This document shows, piece by piece, positions 1 through 10,466 of a stretch of DNA of 64,000 nt. The DNA comes from Candidatus Omnitrophota bacterium (GTDB lineage Bacteria; Omnitrophota; Gorgyraeia; Gygaellales; Profunditerraquicolaceae). Below the pieces are notes generated by a model, which was given only the letters and a program-made list of their open reading frames with translations, made no database searches and was not told where the DNA came from. Every line of letters starts with the position of its first letter. The stretch's first letter is position 1. Location: positions 20,819-84,818 of the forward strand of contig JACQXK010000009.1 of NCBI GenBank assembly GCA_016208765.1. The letters run 5' to 3'. A program made the position numbers and the translations under genes.

Positions 1-22
1 GTGTCATCTTGGCCATAAAGCT

Positions 23-1525
23 ATGATCCTAAAACCCCGCCTTGAAGATATAAAAATAATTTTCTTCTATTTGGGTAAAATTATGATCGGCCTTGGCCTT
101 GTCATGGTTTTACCGGCACTCTTAGGCCTGGCCTTGGGTGAAGTTAATCCTATGCTTGATTTTGTTTTAGCATTGGAAGTAACGCTGATTTTCGGTTTAA
201 TTTTAACCAAGCTTTGCGCCACCAGTAAAGACCTTAACTGGATGCACGGGATGATTGTGGTCAGCCTTTCATGGGTTGTTGCGATGATCTTGGGGGCAAT
301 ACCATTATATTTAAGCGGCCATTGGAAATCATTTTTAGATGCGTGTTTTGATACAATGTCCGGATTCACCACTACAGGGCTAACCTTGGTTTGTGACTTG
401 GATCACCTTTCTTATGCCCACAATTTCTGGAGGCACTTCGGGCCTTTTATAGGAGGGCAAGGTATCACTGTGGTTGCGCTGTCTTTTTTTGTGAAAGGGA
501 CATCTGGCGCGTTTAAAATGTATGTCGGAGAAGCCCGGGATGAAAAACTGGCGCCCAATGTAGTTGATACTGCGCGTTTTATTTGGTTTATCAGCATTAT
601 TTATTTGATTATTGGAACACTAAGTTTAGGGGTGGCAGGAATTTTTCTTGGGATGAAACCCTTTAGCGCCTTCTTTCATGGCGTATGTATTTTTATGGCT
701 GGGTTTGATACCGCAGGGTTTGCTCCGCAATCGCAAAACATTCTTTATTATCACAGTTTTATTTATGAGGCGATCATAGTTATAATTATGATTGCAGGCG
801 CGTTTAATTTTAATTTACATTATCAGCTGTGGATAGGCAACCGCAAGGAAATTTATAAAAATATTGAAAGCAAGGTTTTTCTTCTTTCGGTGTCGGCTTT
901 AGTTTTTGTAACAGCAGTTGGTTTACAGCAAATGCACATTTATGACAATGCTGTTATTTTATTCCGCAAAGGATTTTTCCAAGTTATCTCAGGCCATACA
1001 ACAACCGGGTACATGACAATTTACGCCCAGCAGTTTATCAGCGAATGGGGAAATTTTGCGTTAGTGGGTTTGATTTGTGCTATGGCGTTTGGAGGCAGCG
1101 CTTGTTCTACTGCCGGCGGCATTAAGATGTTGCGCCTGGGGATAATTTTTAAGGCGCTTAAAGAAGATTTAAAAAGAATTATTCTACCTGAAAAAGCTGT
1201 TGTCGTGCAGAGGTATCATCATATAAAAGAGGTTTTTCTGGAAGATAAAACTGTGCGCGCAGCGCTTTTAATCACGCTTTGTTATATTGTTTTGTTCGGC
1301 GTTGGTTCTCTTGTCGGGATGTTTTACGGGAATTCTTTTTTGACCTCGTTATTTGAATCTACTTCTGCTGCGGCTAATGTTGGTTTGTCCTGCGGGATTA
1401 CAAATGTAGATATGCCGGTAGGTTTAAAGCTAACCTATATTGTGCAGATGTGGGCCGGGCGTCTGGAATTTATGTCCATATTCACGTTGATCGGTTTTAT
1501 GGTCGCTGTGATAAAAGGAAAGTAA
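23..1525 (+). CDS. trkH: TrkH/KtrB-family cation (K+) transporter membrane subunit
   Basis: 500-aa polytopic protein with repeated pore-loop motifs SGFTTTGL / SGHTTTGY and GGIKMLRL, typical of the TrkH/KtrB superfamily. Confidence 0.8.
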   Translation: MILKPRLEDIKIIFFYLGKIMIGLGLVMVLPALLGLALGEVNPMLDFVLALEVTLIFGLILTKLCATSKDLNWMHGMIVVSLSWVVAMILGAIPLYLSGHWKSFLDACFDTMSGFTTTGLTLVCDLDHLSYAHNFWRHFGPFIGGQGITVVALSFFVKGTSGAFKMYVGEARDEKLAPNVVDTARFIWFISIIYLIIGTLSLGVAGIFLGMKPFSAFFHGVCIFMAGFDTAGFAPQSQNILYYHSFIYEAIIVIIMIAGAFNFNLHYQLWIGNRKEIYKNIESKVFLLSVSALVFVTAVGLQQMHIYDNAVILFRKGFFQVISGHTTTGYMTIYAQQFISEWGNFALVGLICAMAFGGSACSTAGGIKMLRLGIIFKALKEDLKRIILPEKAVVVQRYHHIKEVFLEDKTVRAALLITLCYIVLFGVGSLVGMFYGNSFLTSLFESTSAAANVGLSCGITNVDMPVGLKLTYIVQMWAGRLEFMSIFTLIGFMVAVIKGK

Positions 1526-2035
1526 ATGAAAAATAAAGTTCACAGTTTACGGTTTACAGTTTACAGTATTCTTTTCGCGCTGTTAACTGTAAATTGTACA
1601 TTATACACGTTCTGTTATGCTCAAATAATTTCTAGTAGCGAGTTGATCAATAATGCCAAAGAGTATGACGGTAAGGTTGTAACTTTTGAAGGCGAGGTTA
1701 TTGGGGATGTAATGGTGCGCGGGGATTTTGCCTGGGTTAATTTAAGCGATATAAGTAATGCTATTGGTATTTGGATGCCGGCGGATTTAGCGCGCCAAAT
1801 TGCATATACCGGCAGTTATAAATCAAAAGGAGATGCCCTTGAGGTTGCCGGGACTTTTCACCGCGCCTGCCCGGAGCATGGGGGAGATTTAGATATTCAC
1901 GCGTTGTCTTTGCGAAAGACCGACGCAGGGCGGCTTATTAAAGAGAGGGTGAACCAGAGCAAGAAAGTTTATGTTTTTATTTTATTGGGGGTATTGGGGT
2001 TGGCATGGATATTAACACTCTTAAAACACAAATAG
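1526..2035 (+). CDS. hypothetical secreted/membrane-anchored protein with possible OB-fold
   Basis: 169-aa ORF with an N-terminal signal/TM and a C-terminal TM helix. The core resembles small OB-fold periplasmic proteins. Its last 31 nt overlap the pheS start, so the start and extent are uncertain. Confidence 0.4.
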   Translation: MKNKVHSLRFTVYSILFALLTVNCTLYTFCYAQIISSSELINNAKEYDGKVVTFEGEVIGDVMVRGDFAWVNLSDISNAIGIWMPADLARQIAYTGSYKSKGDALEVAGTFHRACPEHGGDLDIHALSLRKTDAGRLIKERVNQSKKVYVFILLGVLGLAWILTLLKHK

Positions 2036-3069
2036 AATCTGAAATCCTTCAGGTTAATTCTACCGAGGAGTTAGAGGCATTTCGCGCCAAATACCTGGGA
2101 AGAAAAGGCGCCTTGGCAGAACTTACCGGCATGATCCCCCAGCTGCCGGTTGAACAACGCTCCGGCCTTGGCCAGCAGGTAAATGCGCTTAAAAATAATT
2201 TACAGGCATTAATAACCGAGAGGCAAAATAAACTTTCTGGAGTTTCAGCTCAACAAAATGTTTTAGTTAATTGTGATATCGGCATGCCTGGAATTGCCCA
2301 AGATTTAGGAAGGCTGCATCCTATTACCCAGATTATTGAAGAGATAAATGCAGTTTTTGTGAATATGGGATTTGTAGTTGCCGACGGGCCGGAGGTGGAA
2401 ACCGAGTTTAATAATTTTACCGGTTTAAACATCCCGCTTGATCATCCCTCGCGTGATGCCTTTGATACTTTTTATATTAAGCCGTTGGTCAGAAATAGCG
2501 AAATACAGGCGACCGGCGACAGGCGACCGGCGACAGGTGGACTATTGTTACGTAGCCATACCTCTCCGGTGCAGGTGCGCGCAATGAAGAGCCGTAAGCC
2601 TCCGTTAGCAGTAATTGTTCCGGGAAGGGTGTATCGGCCAGATGCAGTAGATGCCAGCCATTTATTTATGTTTCATCAGATAGAAGGTTTCATGGTGGAT
2701 ACTAATGTTACTTTTTCGGGGCTTAAGGGCATTTTGGAAACTTTTGCCAAGGAAGTATTTGGGGAAGAAATCAAGATGCGTTTCCGGCCGCATTTTTTTC
2801 CTTTTACCGAGCCTTCTGCAGAAGTGGACATTTCCTGTATTATTTGCAAAGGAAAAGGTTGTTCGGTTTGCGGGAGAAAAGGCTGGTTGGAAATATTAGG
2901 CGCAGGAATGATCCATCCCAATGTATTTAAGCAGGTTGGTTATGACCCAAAAAAATATAGCGGCTTTGCTTTCGGCATGGGGATTGAAAGAATTGCCATG
3001 TTAAAATACGGGATAAATGATATCAGGTTATTTTTTGAGAACGATTTGAGATTTTTAAAACAATTTTAA
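2005..3069 (+). CDS. pheS: phenylalanine--tRNA ligase alpha subunit; carries an in-frame heptamer-repeat insertion at 2506-2540
   Basis: Class II aaRS motifs (FRPHFFPFTEPS, GxGxER-like GMGIERIAML). Position and size match PheS, and pheT follows immediately. Confidence 0.9.
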   Translation: MDINTLKTQIESEILQVNSTEELEAFRAKYLGRKGALAELTGMIPQLPVEQRSGLGQQVNALKNNLQALITERQNKLSGVSAQQNVLVNCDIGMPGIAQDLGRLHPITQIIEEINAVFVNMGFVVADGPEVETEFNNFTGLNIPLDHPSRDAFDTFYIKPLVRNSEIQATGDRRPATGGLLLRSHTSPVQVRAMKSRKPPLAVIVPGRVYRPDAVDASHLFMFHQIEGFMVDTNVTFSGLKGILETFAKEVFGEEIKMRFRPHFFPFTEPSAEVDISCIICKGKGCSVCGRKGWLEILGAGMIHPNVFKQVGYDPKKYSGFAFGMGIERIAMLKYGINDIRLFFENDLRFLKQF

Positions 3070-3070
3070 T

Positions 3071-5107
3071 ATGAAAGTTACCTATAATTGGCTAAAAGAT
3101 TTTGTTGAGATCAAGCTTTCTCCTCAGGCCTTGGCAGATAAATTGACCATGGCCGGATTAGAGGTAAAGGCTATTGAGGAAAAAGAAGGGGACTTTGTAT
3201 TTGAGATAGAAATAACCTCTAACCGCCCGGATTGGTTAAGCGTCGTTGGTATTGCGCGGGAAGTCGCAGCGATTACCGGCAAAAAGTTAAATGTTAAAAG
3301 CCTGGCTCTTAATTTTAAGAATTTTAAACATCGCGCTTTAAACATTAATCAATTCAATATTAATATTGAATCTCCCAAAGACTGCCCTCTATATACCGCT
3401 AAAATTCTGCATAATGTTAAAGTGGGACAATCCCCGGCTTGGCTTAAAAATCGCCTGGAGATGGTCGGCTGCCGCAGTATAAATAACATCGTGGATATTA
3501 CAAATTATGTTCTTTTTGAGCAGGGCCAGCCATTACACGCATTTGATTTGGATAAATTATCTTCTAAGGAAATTATTGTGCGCCGTGCAAAGCAAGGCGA
3601 GAAACTTGTTACCCTTGATGCCGCAGAAAAAAGTTTAACCAAGGATATATTGGTGATTGCCGATAAAAATAATCCTGTGGCTATCGCCGGTGTAATGGGC
3701 GGGAAAGATACAGAGGTTACTCAGGATACAAAAAATATTTTATTAGAAGCTGCGGTCTTTAACCCGGCAGTGGTGCGTTTTGGCCGTCAGTTGCTTGGGT
3801 TAAACAGTGAGTCAAGTTACAGGTTTGAAAGGGGAGTAAATACGCAGGCAGTTGAGTTTGCCTCACTGCGGGCAACAAGATTAATGCAGGATTTATCCCC
3901 AGCAGAATATATTGGAGAAAAATCATCCGGCAGAGCGGGTAAAAACAAAAAAAATATTATTTTTGATGCTCTTTGTGTTCAAGAAAAATTAGGCATCCGC
4001 GTGCCTAACGTGCAGATAAAAACAATACTTACGCATCTTGGTTTTAGCATAAAAACAAAAAGCAAAAACGCCTTGATAATTGGGGTGCCTGGTTTCCGCC
4101 CGGATGTAAATTGCGCAGAGGATCTTATTGAGGAAATAGCGCGCATCTACGGTTATGAAAAGATAAAGACAACAATCCCCGCGGTTAAGCCCCAAGCTAA
4201 ATTTGCAGGCAACAGAGAATTGGTTTTGTTGACAAAAAATATTTTAACAGGCCTTGGATTAAATGAGGCAATAACTTACAGCCTTATTGATCGTGAATTA
4301 CTCAGCTTATATGCAAATACCGATGCTGTTGCTGAGGTCCGTAATCCTTTAAGCAAAGAGCAGGAAATTTTAAGGCCGGTTATCGTGCCCAGCTTGCTGC
4401 GCTGCGTGAGTTATAACTTGAACCAAAATCAGGAATTGGTAAATATTTTTGAAATTGCCAAGGTTTATTTGCCTGCCGGCGGCGTTATAAATGAAGAGCT
4501 GCATCTGGGAATTGTTCTTTGCGGGGAAAGAAACTTATTGCTTGAGCAGGGAAAGCTTAAAGATAAAATGAGCCTGCTGCATGTGAAGGGTATTTTAGAG
4601 GAGCTTGCGTCGCGAATGGGGATTGAAGATGTTGCTTTTTCCTGGGAAACCCCGGATACTGCGGGAGCTTTTGTAAATAAACAAAAAATCGGCATTATAG
4701 GGTGCCTGACACAGCAGGTTTTGGGAAAATTAGACATAAAACATAAAGACGTGTTTATCCTTGAAGTTTCCCTGGATAAACTTTTTAATTGTGTGAGCCT
4801 TAAGAAAAGATTTACTCCGCTTCCTAAGTTCCCGGGGATTATTAGGGACATTAGCTTTGTTGTAAAAAGCAGCATTAGTGTGAAAGAAATTATAGATGTC
4901 ATTAAAATAGCGGGCAAGCCGTTATTAGAGAATGTTGAAGTGACAGATTATTATCAGGGGCGCCAGATCCCTGCCGGAAGCAGGGGATTGACTATTTCCT
5001 GTTTCTATCGCCTTTTAGAGCGCACGCTGACTGAGGAAGAAATAAACCCTGTTCATACCAGCGCAGCCAGGCTCTTGACAGAAAAGTTTGGAGCAACGCT
5101 AAGGTAG
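3071..5107 (+). CDS. pheT: phenylalanine--tRNA ligase beta subunit (short form, 678 aa)
   Basis: B3/B4 and B5 domain-like sequence and a C-terminal FDX-ACB-like region directly after pheS. It appears to lack the N-terminal EMAP-type tRNA-binding OB domain of long PheT. Confidence 0.88.
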   Translation: MKVTYNWLKDFVEIKLSPQALADKLTMAGLEVKAIEEKEGDFVFEIEITSNRPDWLSVVGIAREVAAITGKKLNVKSLALNFKNFKHRALNINQFNINIESPKDCPLYTAKILHNVKVGQSPAWLKNRLEMVGCRSINNIVDITNYVLFEQGQPLHAFDLDKLSSKEIIVRRAKQGEKLVTLDAAEKSLTKDILVIADKNNPVAIAGVMGGKDTEVTQDTKNILLEAAVFNPAVVRFGRQLLGLNSESSYRFERGVNTQAVEFASLRATRLMQDLSPAEYIGEKSSGRAGKNKKNIIFDALCVQEKLGIRVPNVQIKTILTHLGFSIKTKSKNALIIGVPGFRPDVNCAEDLIEEIARIYGYEKIKTTIPAVKPQAKFAGNRELVLLTKNILTGLGLNEAITYSLIDRELLSLYANTDAVAEVRNPLSKEQEILRPVIVPSLLRCVSYNLNQNQELVNIFEIAKVYLPAGGVINEELHLGIVLCGERNLLLEQGKLKDKMSLLHVKGILEELASRMGIEDVAFSWETPDTAGAFVNKQKIGIIGCLTQQVLGKLDIKHKDVFILEVSLDKLFNCVSLKKRFTPLPKFPGIIRDISFVVKSSISVKEIIDVIKIAGKPLLENVEVTDYYQGRQIPAGSRGLTISCFYRLLERTLTEEEINPVHTSAARLLTEKFGATLR

Positions 5108-5456
5108 AAAAAGCGGTTTCTAGCCAGTTTGATTTCATATTAAAAGTATGGTATACTTTTTACAGGAAAGAGGAAAAATTTAATCCCTGCGGTGCGCGTT
5201 GGAGATTTTGATAATTATTGAACCAACATTATTATCAAGGGAGCCCAGAATTCCGCGACGGTTTTCCGTACAGGAGAGGGCACCCACCTGAAACCAACCG
5301 GTTCAGATGTCAACCCAACGGCATTTCCGCGGGGATTTTTTATTGAGGTCACAACTTATGGAGGGAGCAACGCGAACGAACATAAGTTGCAGCGAAGCGT
5401 CCGCGAATTAATACCTCTTCCGCCATATTGGGGGAAGAGGTATATTCATACCCACT

Positions 5457-6782
5457 ATGTCAGATCTTTTCAACGAAGAACAAAACCATAATAATTATAA
5501 AGAGTTGCCGCTTGCAGTGCGTATGCGTCCGCGCACTTTAGAGGAATTTGCCGGCCAGGGGCATATTTTAGGTAAAGGCAAACTTTTGCGCCGTGCAATT
5601 GAAGCTGACCGCCTGAGTTCGCTTGTTTTATTCGGGCCTCCTGGATGCGGGAAAACTTCCCTCGCCTGGTGTATTGCCAATGTTACCAAGGCTCATTATT
5701 TTGCTATTAATGCCGCTACTTCTAATGTTGAGGAGCTGCGTAAAATCATTGCCGCAGTAAAGCTGCGCAGAAAGAATACCGGTAAAAGAAGTATTTTATT
5801 TATTGATGAGATACATCGTTTTAATAAGTCCCAGCAGGATTGTTTGTTGCCGGACGTAGAAGAGGGGAACCCGATTTTAATCGGAGCCACTGTGCACAAC
5901 CCGTATTTTTCTCTAACCTCGGCTCTTTTATCGCGGTCGTTAGTTTGTGAATTAAAGGGTTTAAGCCAAAAAGAGATTGTCCAGGTTTTGAATTCGGCGC
6001 TAAAGGATAAAGAGCGCGGTTTCGGAAACTTAAAAATTAATTTAGATCCTCAGGCGCTGGAATTTTTAGCTAAGACCTGCGAAGGGGATGCCCGTCGGGC
6101 GCTTAGCGCTTTGGAGATCGGGGTCTTAACCACACAAAATAACCAAGACGGGAATATTGAAATCAATTTAGAAGTAGCTGCTGAGTCAATTCAGAAAAAG
6201 CCGGTGGTATATGATAATGCCGGAGATGCGCATTATGACACTGCCTCGGCATTTATTAAATCTATGCGCGGTTCCGACCCGGATGCGGCAATTTATTGGA
6301 TGGCGAAAATGCTCTATGCCGGGGAGGATCCGCGTTTTATCGCGCGCAGGATTTGTATTTTAGCTGCTGAAGATGTAGGCAACGCCGACCCTTTGGCCCT
6401 GGTGCTGGCCAATGCAGCGCTTGAGGTGGCTGAGTTTGTGGGGATGCCGGAGGCAAGGATACCTTTGGCGCAGGCTTGTATTTATGTGTCTTGCGCGCCA
6501 AAATCAAACGCAAGCTATATGGCTATTGACAAAGCCTACAAAGATATAGAAAATGAAAGATTGCAGGAGGTTCCTGAGCATCTTAAGGATGCCTCTTATA
6601 AAGGAGCGGAAAAATTAGGCCATGGCAAAGGATATAGGTACGCGCATGATTATCCTGGCCATTATGTGGACCAGCAATATACGCCTAAGGGCGTGAAATA
6701 TTATGAACCGACGGAAATGGGCTTTGAGGCAAAGATCAAGGAGAGAATGAAAAAACTAAAAAAACAAGGAGAGAAAGAATGA
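5457..6782 (+). CDS. rarA: replication-associated recombination protein A (AAA+ ATPase, MgsA/WRNIP1 family)
   Basis: Walker A LFGPPGCGKTSLA, Walker B ILFIDEIHRFNKSQQD and a C-terminal MgsA-type helical domain. Confidence 0.85.
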   Translation: MSDLFNEEQNHNNYKELPLAVRMRPRTLEEFAGQGHILGKGKLLRRAIEADRLSSLVLFGPPGCGKTSLAWCIANVTKAHYFAINAATSNVEELRKIIAAVKLRRKNTGKRSILFIDEIHRFNKSQQDCLLPDVEEGNPILIGATVHNPYFSLTSALLSRSLVCELKGLSQKEIVQVLNSALKDKERGFGNLKINLDPQALEFLAKTCEGDARRALSALEIGVLTTQNNQDGNIEINLEVAAESIQKKPVVYDNAGDAHYDTASAFIKSMRGSDPDAAIYWMAKMLYAGEDPRFIARRICILAAEDVGNADPLALVLANAALEVAEFVGMPEARIPLAQACIYVSCAPKSNASYMAIDKAYKDIENERLQEVPEHLKDASYKGAEKLGHGKGYRYAHDYPGHYVDQQYTPKGVKYYEPTEMGFEAKIKERMKKLKKQGEKE

Positions 6783-7237
6783 AGAAAATAATTGCAGTGG
6801 TTTGCAGTGCATTTATGATGGTAGCTACTTTAGGTTGCCAAAGCAATAAAACACGGGTAGCAGAAGGTTCGGTAATAGGAGGATTGTTGGGCGGGGCTGC
6901 AGGCGGCATTATCGGGCACCAGAGCGGACACGGCGGAGAAGGCGCTGCAATTGGGATAGCAGCCGGGGCATTGACCGGTGCGCTCATTGGAAGCCAGATC
7001 AACAAACCTGCACAAACAGAAACTGCTGCGCAGGCACAACCGCAGCAGGCAGCTAATCCCAACCAGATGACCCTCCAGCAGGTAGTGGATTTATCCAAGC
7101 AGGGGGTGAGTGAGACGGTGATTATTGATAAACTCAAATCTTCAAATTCAAAATTTAATTTAACCCAGGCTGATATTGATTACCTAAAACAACAAAAAGT
7201 CCCACAGAGTGTTATTGACGTAATGTCAGGAAAATGA
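6779..7237 (+). CDS. glycine-zipper lipoprotein (SlyB/17-kDa-antigen-like N-terminus)
   Basis: Lipobox (ATLGC) followed by a GxxxG-rich glycine-zipper segment and a Q/A-rich linker. Its ATGA start/stop overlap with the next gene suggests translational coupling. Confidence 0.5.
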   Translation: MKKIIAVVCSAFMMVATLGCQSNKTRVAEGSVIGGLLGGAAGGIIGHQSGHGGEGAAIGIAAGALTGALIGSQINKPAQTETAAQAQPQQAANPNQMTLQQVVDLSKQGVSETVIIDKLKSSNSKFNLTQADIDYLKQQKVPQSVIDVMSGK

Positions 7238-10200
7238 GCACAATGCTTTTAATTGCGATTACCGGCGGAGTGGTGATGATAGGGTATGCGTTATATTCCA
7301 TATTCATCCCCGGCTCCGAAACAAATGAAAAGAAGACGGGGGGGAAGAATTTTTCTGCTCAGGCGGCACTTGTTGTTAATGAGCAAAAAGAGCAAAAGGC
7401 GCAAAAACTTCAGGGGCAAATGAATGTTTTAGAAAAAGAGCTGGTGCGTATTCAGGCAGAAAGCGCTCAGGAAAAGCTGGACATGGAATTGGCGAAAAAG
7501 AAAGAAGCGGAATTAGAATCAGAACTCTTGCGCAGGCAGGAATGGGTGTCTAAATCCGAAGGGATGTTGAAAAAGGTAAAAGATGAAAACCTGGAATTAA
7601 GAAAACATTTTCTGGTTAAGGAGAATCTTTTAGAGGAGGAGTTTGCCAAAAATGTTAATCTGGCTAAAGAAGCTCGTCTGCTTAATGAAAAGATTGCGGC
7701 ATTAGATAAAGAGTTAAAAGAAAAAGCAGAGCAAATTGAGATCCAGAAACATCAAATAGAAAAATACCTAAAAGAGAATAAAGAGCAGTCAGGAATTATT
7801 GCGCAACAAAAAAAGAAGGAAGAATCCAGCGAATGGGTGCCAAAGCAGGATTTTAATAAGCTTAATGAGGAGTATACTGAATTAGAAAAAGACCTGGAAG
7901 CGCGCGATGAGAAACTGCGTATTTTTGCCGAGGAGATCACGCATTTAAAACAGCAGTTAGCTGATAAAAAAATTGCTCAGCCTGTAAAAGAAGAAGTCAT
8001 TATTGAGGAAGCTCCTGTTGAAGAGGTTATCATCAAGGAGCCTGTTGTTCCTGAGGTTCAGGTTGTTGAGCCAGCTCCGGAAAAAGGAGTTTCTCTTGAA
8101 GTTGCAAATGTAGTTGAATCAAATATAGAGGAAGTAACACCGGCTCCTGTTATTGAAGAAAAACCCGCTGAAGAAATACACGAAGAGCCGGAAAAAGAAG
8201 CTAAGAAAAAAGAAGGCGAGTTGCTTCCGGCGGTTAACCTGGAAAAACTGCGTAATATCGGCATCATGGCGCATATTGATGCCGGAAAGACCACCCTTAC
8301 CGAGCGCATCCTTTTTTATACAGGTAAATCTCACAAGATCGGCGAGGTGCACGAGGGCGCTACGCAAATGGATTGGATGAAACAGGAGAGAGAGCGGGGC
8401 ATTACTATTACTGCGGCGGCAACGACTTGTTTCTGGAACAATTACCGCATAAATATTATTGATACTCCGGGGCATGTGGATTTTACAGTGGAAGTGGAAA
8501 GGTCTTTGCGTGTTTTAGACGGGGCAGTGGCAGTGTTTTGCGCTGTAGGAGGCGTGGAACCGCAATCTGAAACTGTGTGGCACCAGTCAAATAAATATAA
8601 TGTTCCCAAGATCGCATTTGTAAATAAAATGGACCGTACAGGAGCTGACTTTTATGCAGTGCTTAAAGGGATAGAACATGATTTGGGAGGAAATGTTATC
8701 CCTCTTGAGGTTCCCATTGGAAGTGAAGATAACTTCCAGGGGGTGGTGGACTTGATTGAAATGAAGGCATATTATTATATTGAAGAAACGCAGGGGAAAG
8801 ATTTTCGTATCGCAGAAATTCCCGCAGAATACCAGGAGAAGGCCAGGGAATACCGCAAGATTTTAGTAGAAAAGGCTGCGAGCTTTGATGAGGCGCTTAC
8901 TCAAAAATTCCTTGAGGCGGAAAGCTCCATAACTACTGAAGAAATTGTAGCAGCAATCCGTAAGGGAACAATTGCCAATAAAGGCGTGCCTGTTTTGTGC
9001 GGTGCGGCGTTTAAGAATAAAGGTATTCAGAAACTGCTTGATGCGGTAAATCTATTTTTGCCCTCTCCGTTAGATCTACCTGCGGTAACCGGGCACGACC
9101 CCGAGGACAAGGAAAAGGAATTTTTGCGCCGGCCGGTGATTGAAGAACCATTCTCCGGGTTGGCTTTTAAAGTTCAGGCAGATCCGCATATGGGAAAATT
9201 AGTTTATGTGCGGGTCTATTCAGGGGTGTTAAATACAGGAACGTATATTTTAAATTCTACAGTTGACAAGAGAGAGCGCGTCGGAAGGATTGTGCGCATG
9301 CATGCTAATCAAAGAGAAAATATTGATTACGCCTGCGCCGGAGATATTGTAGCGGTTGTCGGTTTATCAAATACAATTACAGGGCACACGCTTTGCGACC
9401 CGGGTTACCCGATACTTTTAGAAGCAATCCAGTTTCCTGTGCCGGTTGTGTCATTGAGTATTGCTCCAAAGAGCCGCTCGGATCAGGATAAATTAGGAAG
9501 GGGCCTTGCCAAGCTTGCCGAAGAGGACCCGACGTTCCTGGTGCAAAGCGACGAGGAAACCAAAGAAACAATTTTGACCGGGATGGGAGAGTTGCATTTG
9601 GAGATTATCGTTGACAGGCTTAAGGAGGAGTTTGGGGTAGAGGCAATTGTGGGACAGCCTAAGGTTGCTTATCGCGAGACGATTATGGAGCCTGCCCAAG
9701 GGGAGAGCAAATATATCAAGCAATCCGGAGGCCGCGGGCAGTATGGGCATGTAATGCTGCGTCTTACTCCGCAAACTGCGGGAGAAGGATTTGAATTTGT
9801 AGATAGTATCAGAGGAGGAGCGATCCCGCGGTCATTTATCCCGGCAGTAGAAAAAGGCGTGATTGAAGCAATGCAAAAGGGCGCGTTTGCAGGTTTTCCT
9901 GTTGTGGATGTAAAGGTTGATCTTTATGACGGATCATTTCACGAGGTGGACTCTTCGGAAATCGCCTTTAAGATGGCTGCGATACTCGGGTTTAAGGAAA
10001 TATTTATGCGGGCAAAACCAATTCTTTTAGAGCCCTACATGTCTCTTGAGGTGAGCACTCTTGAGGAGCATGTGAATGGTTGTGTGGGTTTTATTTGTTC
10101 TCGGCGGGGAAAGATTATTAATATTGATGTAAAGGGTAAACAGAAAGTAATTTCTGCTGAGGTGCCCCTTGCGGAAATGTTTGGTTATGTTAGCAGTTTT

Positions 10201-10317
10201 CGTTCTCTAACCAGCGGACGCGCAAACGCGACCATGGAATTCTCCAAATACATGCAGGTGCCGCATGAAATCGCCCAGAAGATCATTGAGGAAAAACAGG
10301 CTAAGGAAAAGAAGTAA
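7234..10317 (+). CDS. elongation factor G paralog with ~330-aa N-terminal TM + coiled-coil + acidic/Pro-rich extension
   Basis: From ~aa 335 there are canonical EF-G motifs ([28 protein letters not shown]) and domains II-V. Upstream, in the same frame with no stop, are a TM helix (aa 5-25), a K/E-rich coiled coil and an [12 protein letters not shown] repeat region. It is not in an rpsL-rpsG-tuf context. Confidence 0.8.
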   Translation: MSTMLLIAITGGVVMIGYALYSIFIPGSETNEKKTGGKNFSAQAALVVNEQKEQKAQKLQGQMNVLEKELVRIQAESAQEKLDMELAKKKEAELESELLRRQEWVSKSEGMLKKVKDENLELRKHFLVKENLLEEEFAKNVNLAKEARLLNEKIAALDKELKEKAEQIEIQKHQIEKYLKENKEQSGIIAQQKKKEESSEWVPKQDFNKLNEEYTELEKDLEARDEKLRIFAEEITHLKQQLADKKIAQPVKEEVIIEEAPVEEVIIKEPVVPEVQVVEPAPEKGVSLEVANVVESNIEEVTPAPVIEEKPAEEIHEEPEKEAKKKEGELLPAVNLEKLRNIGIMAHIDAGKTTLTERILFYTGKSHKIGEVHEGATQMDWMKQERERGITITAAATTCFWNNYRINIIDTPGHVDFTVEVERSLRVLDGAVAVFCAVGGVEPQSETVWHQSNKYNVPKIAFVNKMDRTGADFYAVLKGIEHDLGGNVIPLEVPIGSEDNFQGVVDLIEMKAYYYIEETQGKDFRIAEIPAEYQEKAREYRKILVEKAASFDEALTQKFLEAESSITTEEIVAAIRKGTIANKGVPVLCGAAFKNKGIQKLLDAVNLFLPSPLDLPAVTGHDPEDKEKEFLRRPVIEEPFSGLAFKVQADPHMGKLVYVRVYSGVLNTGTYILNSTVDKRERVGRIVRMHANQRENIDYACAGDIVAVVGLSNTITGHTLCDPGYPILLEAIQFPVPVVSLSIAPKSRSDQDKLGRGLAKLAEEDPTFLVQSDEETKETILTGMGELHLEIIVDRLKEEFGVEAIVGQPKVAYRETIMEPAQGESKYIKQSGGRGQYGHVMLRLTPQTAGEGFEFVDSIRGGAIPRSFIPAVEKGVIEAMQKGAFAGFPVVDVKVDLYDGSFHEVDSSEIAFKMAAILGFKEIFMRAKPILLEPYMSLEVSTLEEHVNGCVGFICSRRGKIINIDVKGKQKVISAEVPLAEMFGYVSSFRSLTSGRANATMEFSKYMQVPHEIAQKIIEEKQAKEKK

Positions 10318-10338
10318 GATTTAGGGCGTCAAGGCATA

Positions 10339-10466
10339 TTTCTCGCAGCACCGCTTGCCCCGCCCCAGCGTGGCGGGGCTGCGCTCGGGCGAAAACTTTT
10401 GCTCTGCCAGACTTCGTTATAGCGGTGCAACCGTGCCCGCAAAAGTTTTCTAACGTGCTGCTCGAA
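10339..10466. repeat. structured intergenic repeat element, copy A (nested inverted repeats; second copy at 51984-52108)
   Basis: ~85% identical to 51984-52108. Terminal arms are ttctcgcagcac / gtgctgctcgaa, with internal stems ccccgcc-ccagcgt-ggcgggg and gaaaacttttgc...gcaaaagttttc. Confidence 0.7.

Noticed and set aside
67-597. Minus-strand ORFs 67-372 and 412-597 inside trkH
   Set aside because: They lie fully within a well-supported plus-strand transporter gene and have low-complexity S/P/K-rich translations. They are typical antisense shadow ORFs.
5108-5456. RNase P, SRP, tmRNA or 6S RNA in the pheT-rarA spacer
   Set aside because: None of the universally conserved blocks (e.g. GGAAAGUCCGGGCUCC for RNase P, the GGUGCUGUUU...GAAGGAAGCAGCC SRP core, the tmRNA tRNA-like ends) could be found by eye. 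It is kept only as an unexplained structured spacer.
6736-7137. Minus-strand 133-aa and 69-aa ORFs opposite the glycine-zipper lipoprotein
   Set aside because: They are produced by the GC-rich Gly/Ala codon run read in antisense, and their A/P/C-rich composition supports no independent gene.
7467-8475. Several minus-strand ORFs (7467-7649, 7752-7940, 8058-8309, 8119-8475) and plus 8153-8380 inside the EF-G paralog extension
   Set aside because: The low-complexity K/E coiled-coil coding region yields S/F-rich antisense frames. All are nested in the long sense ORF.
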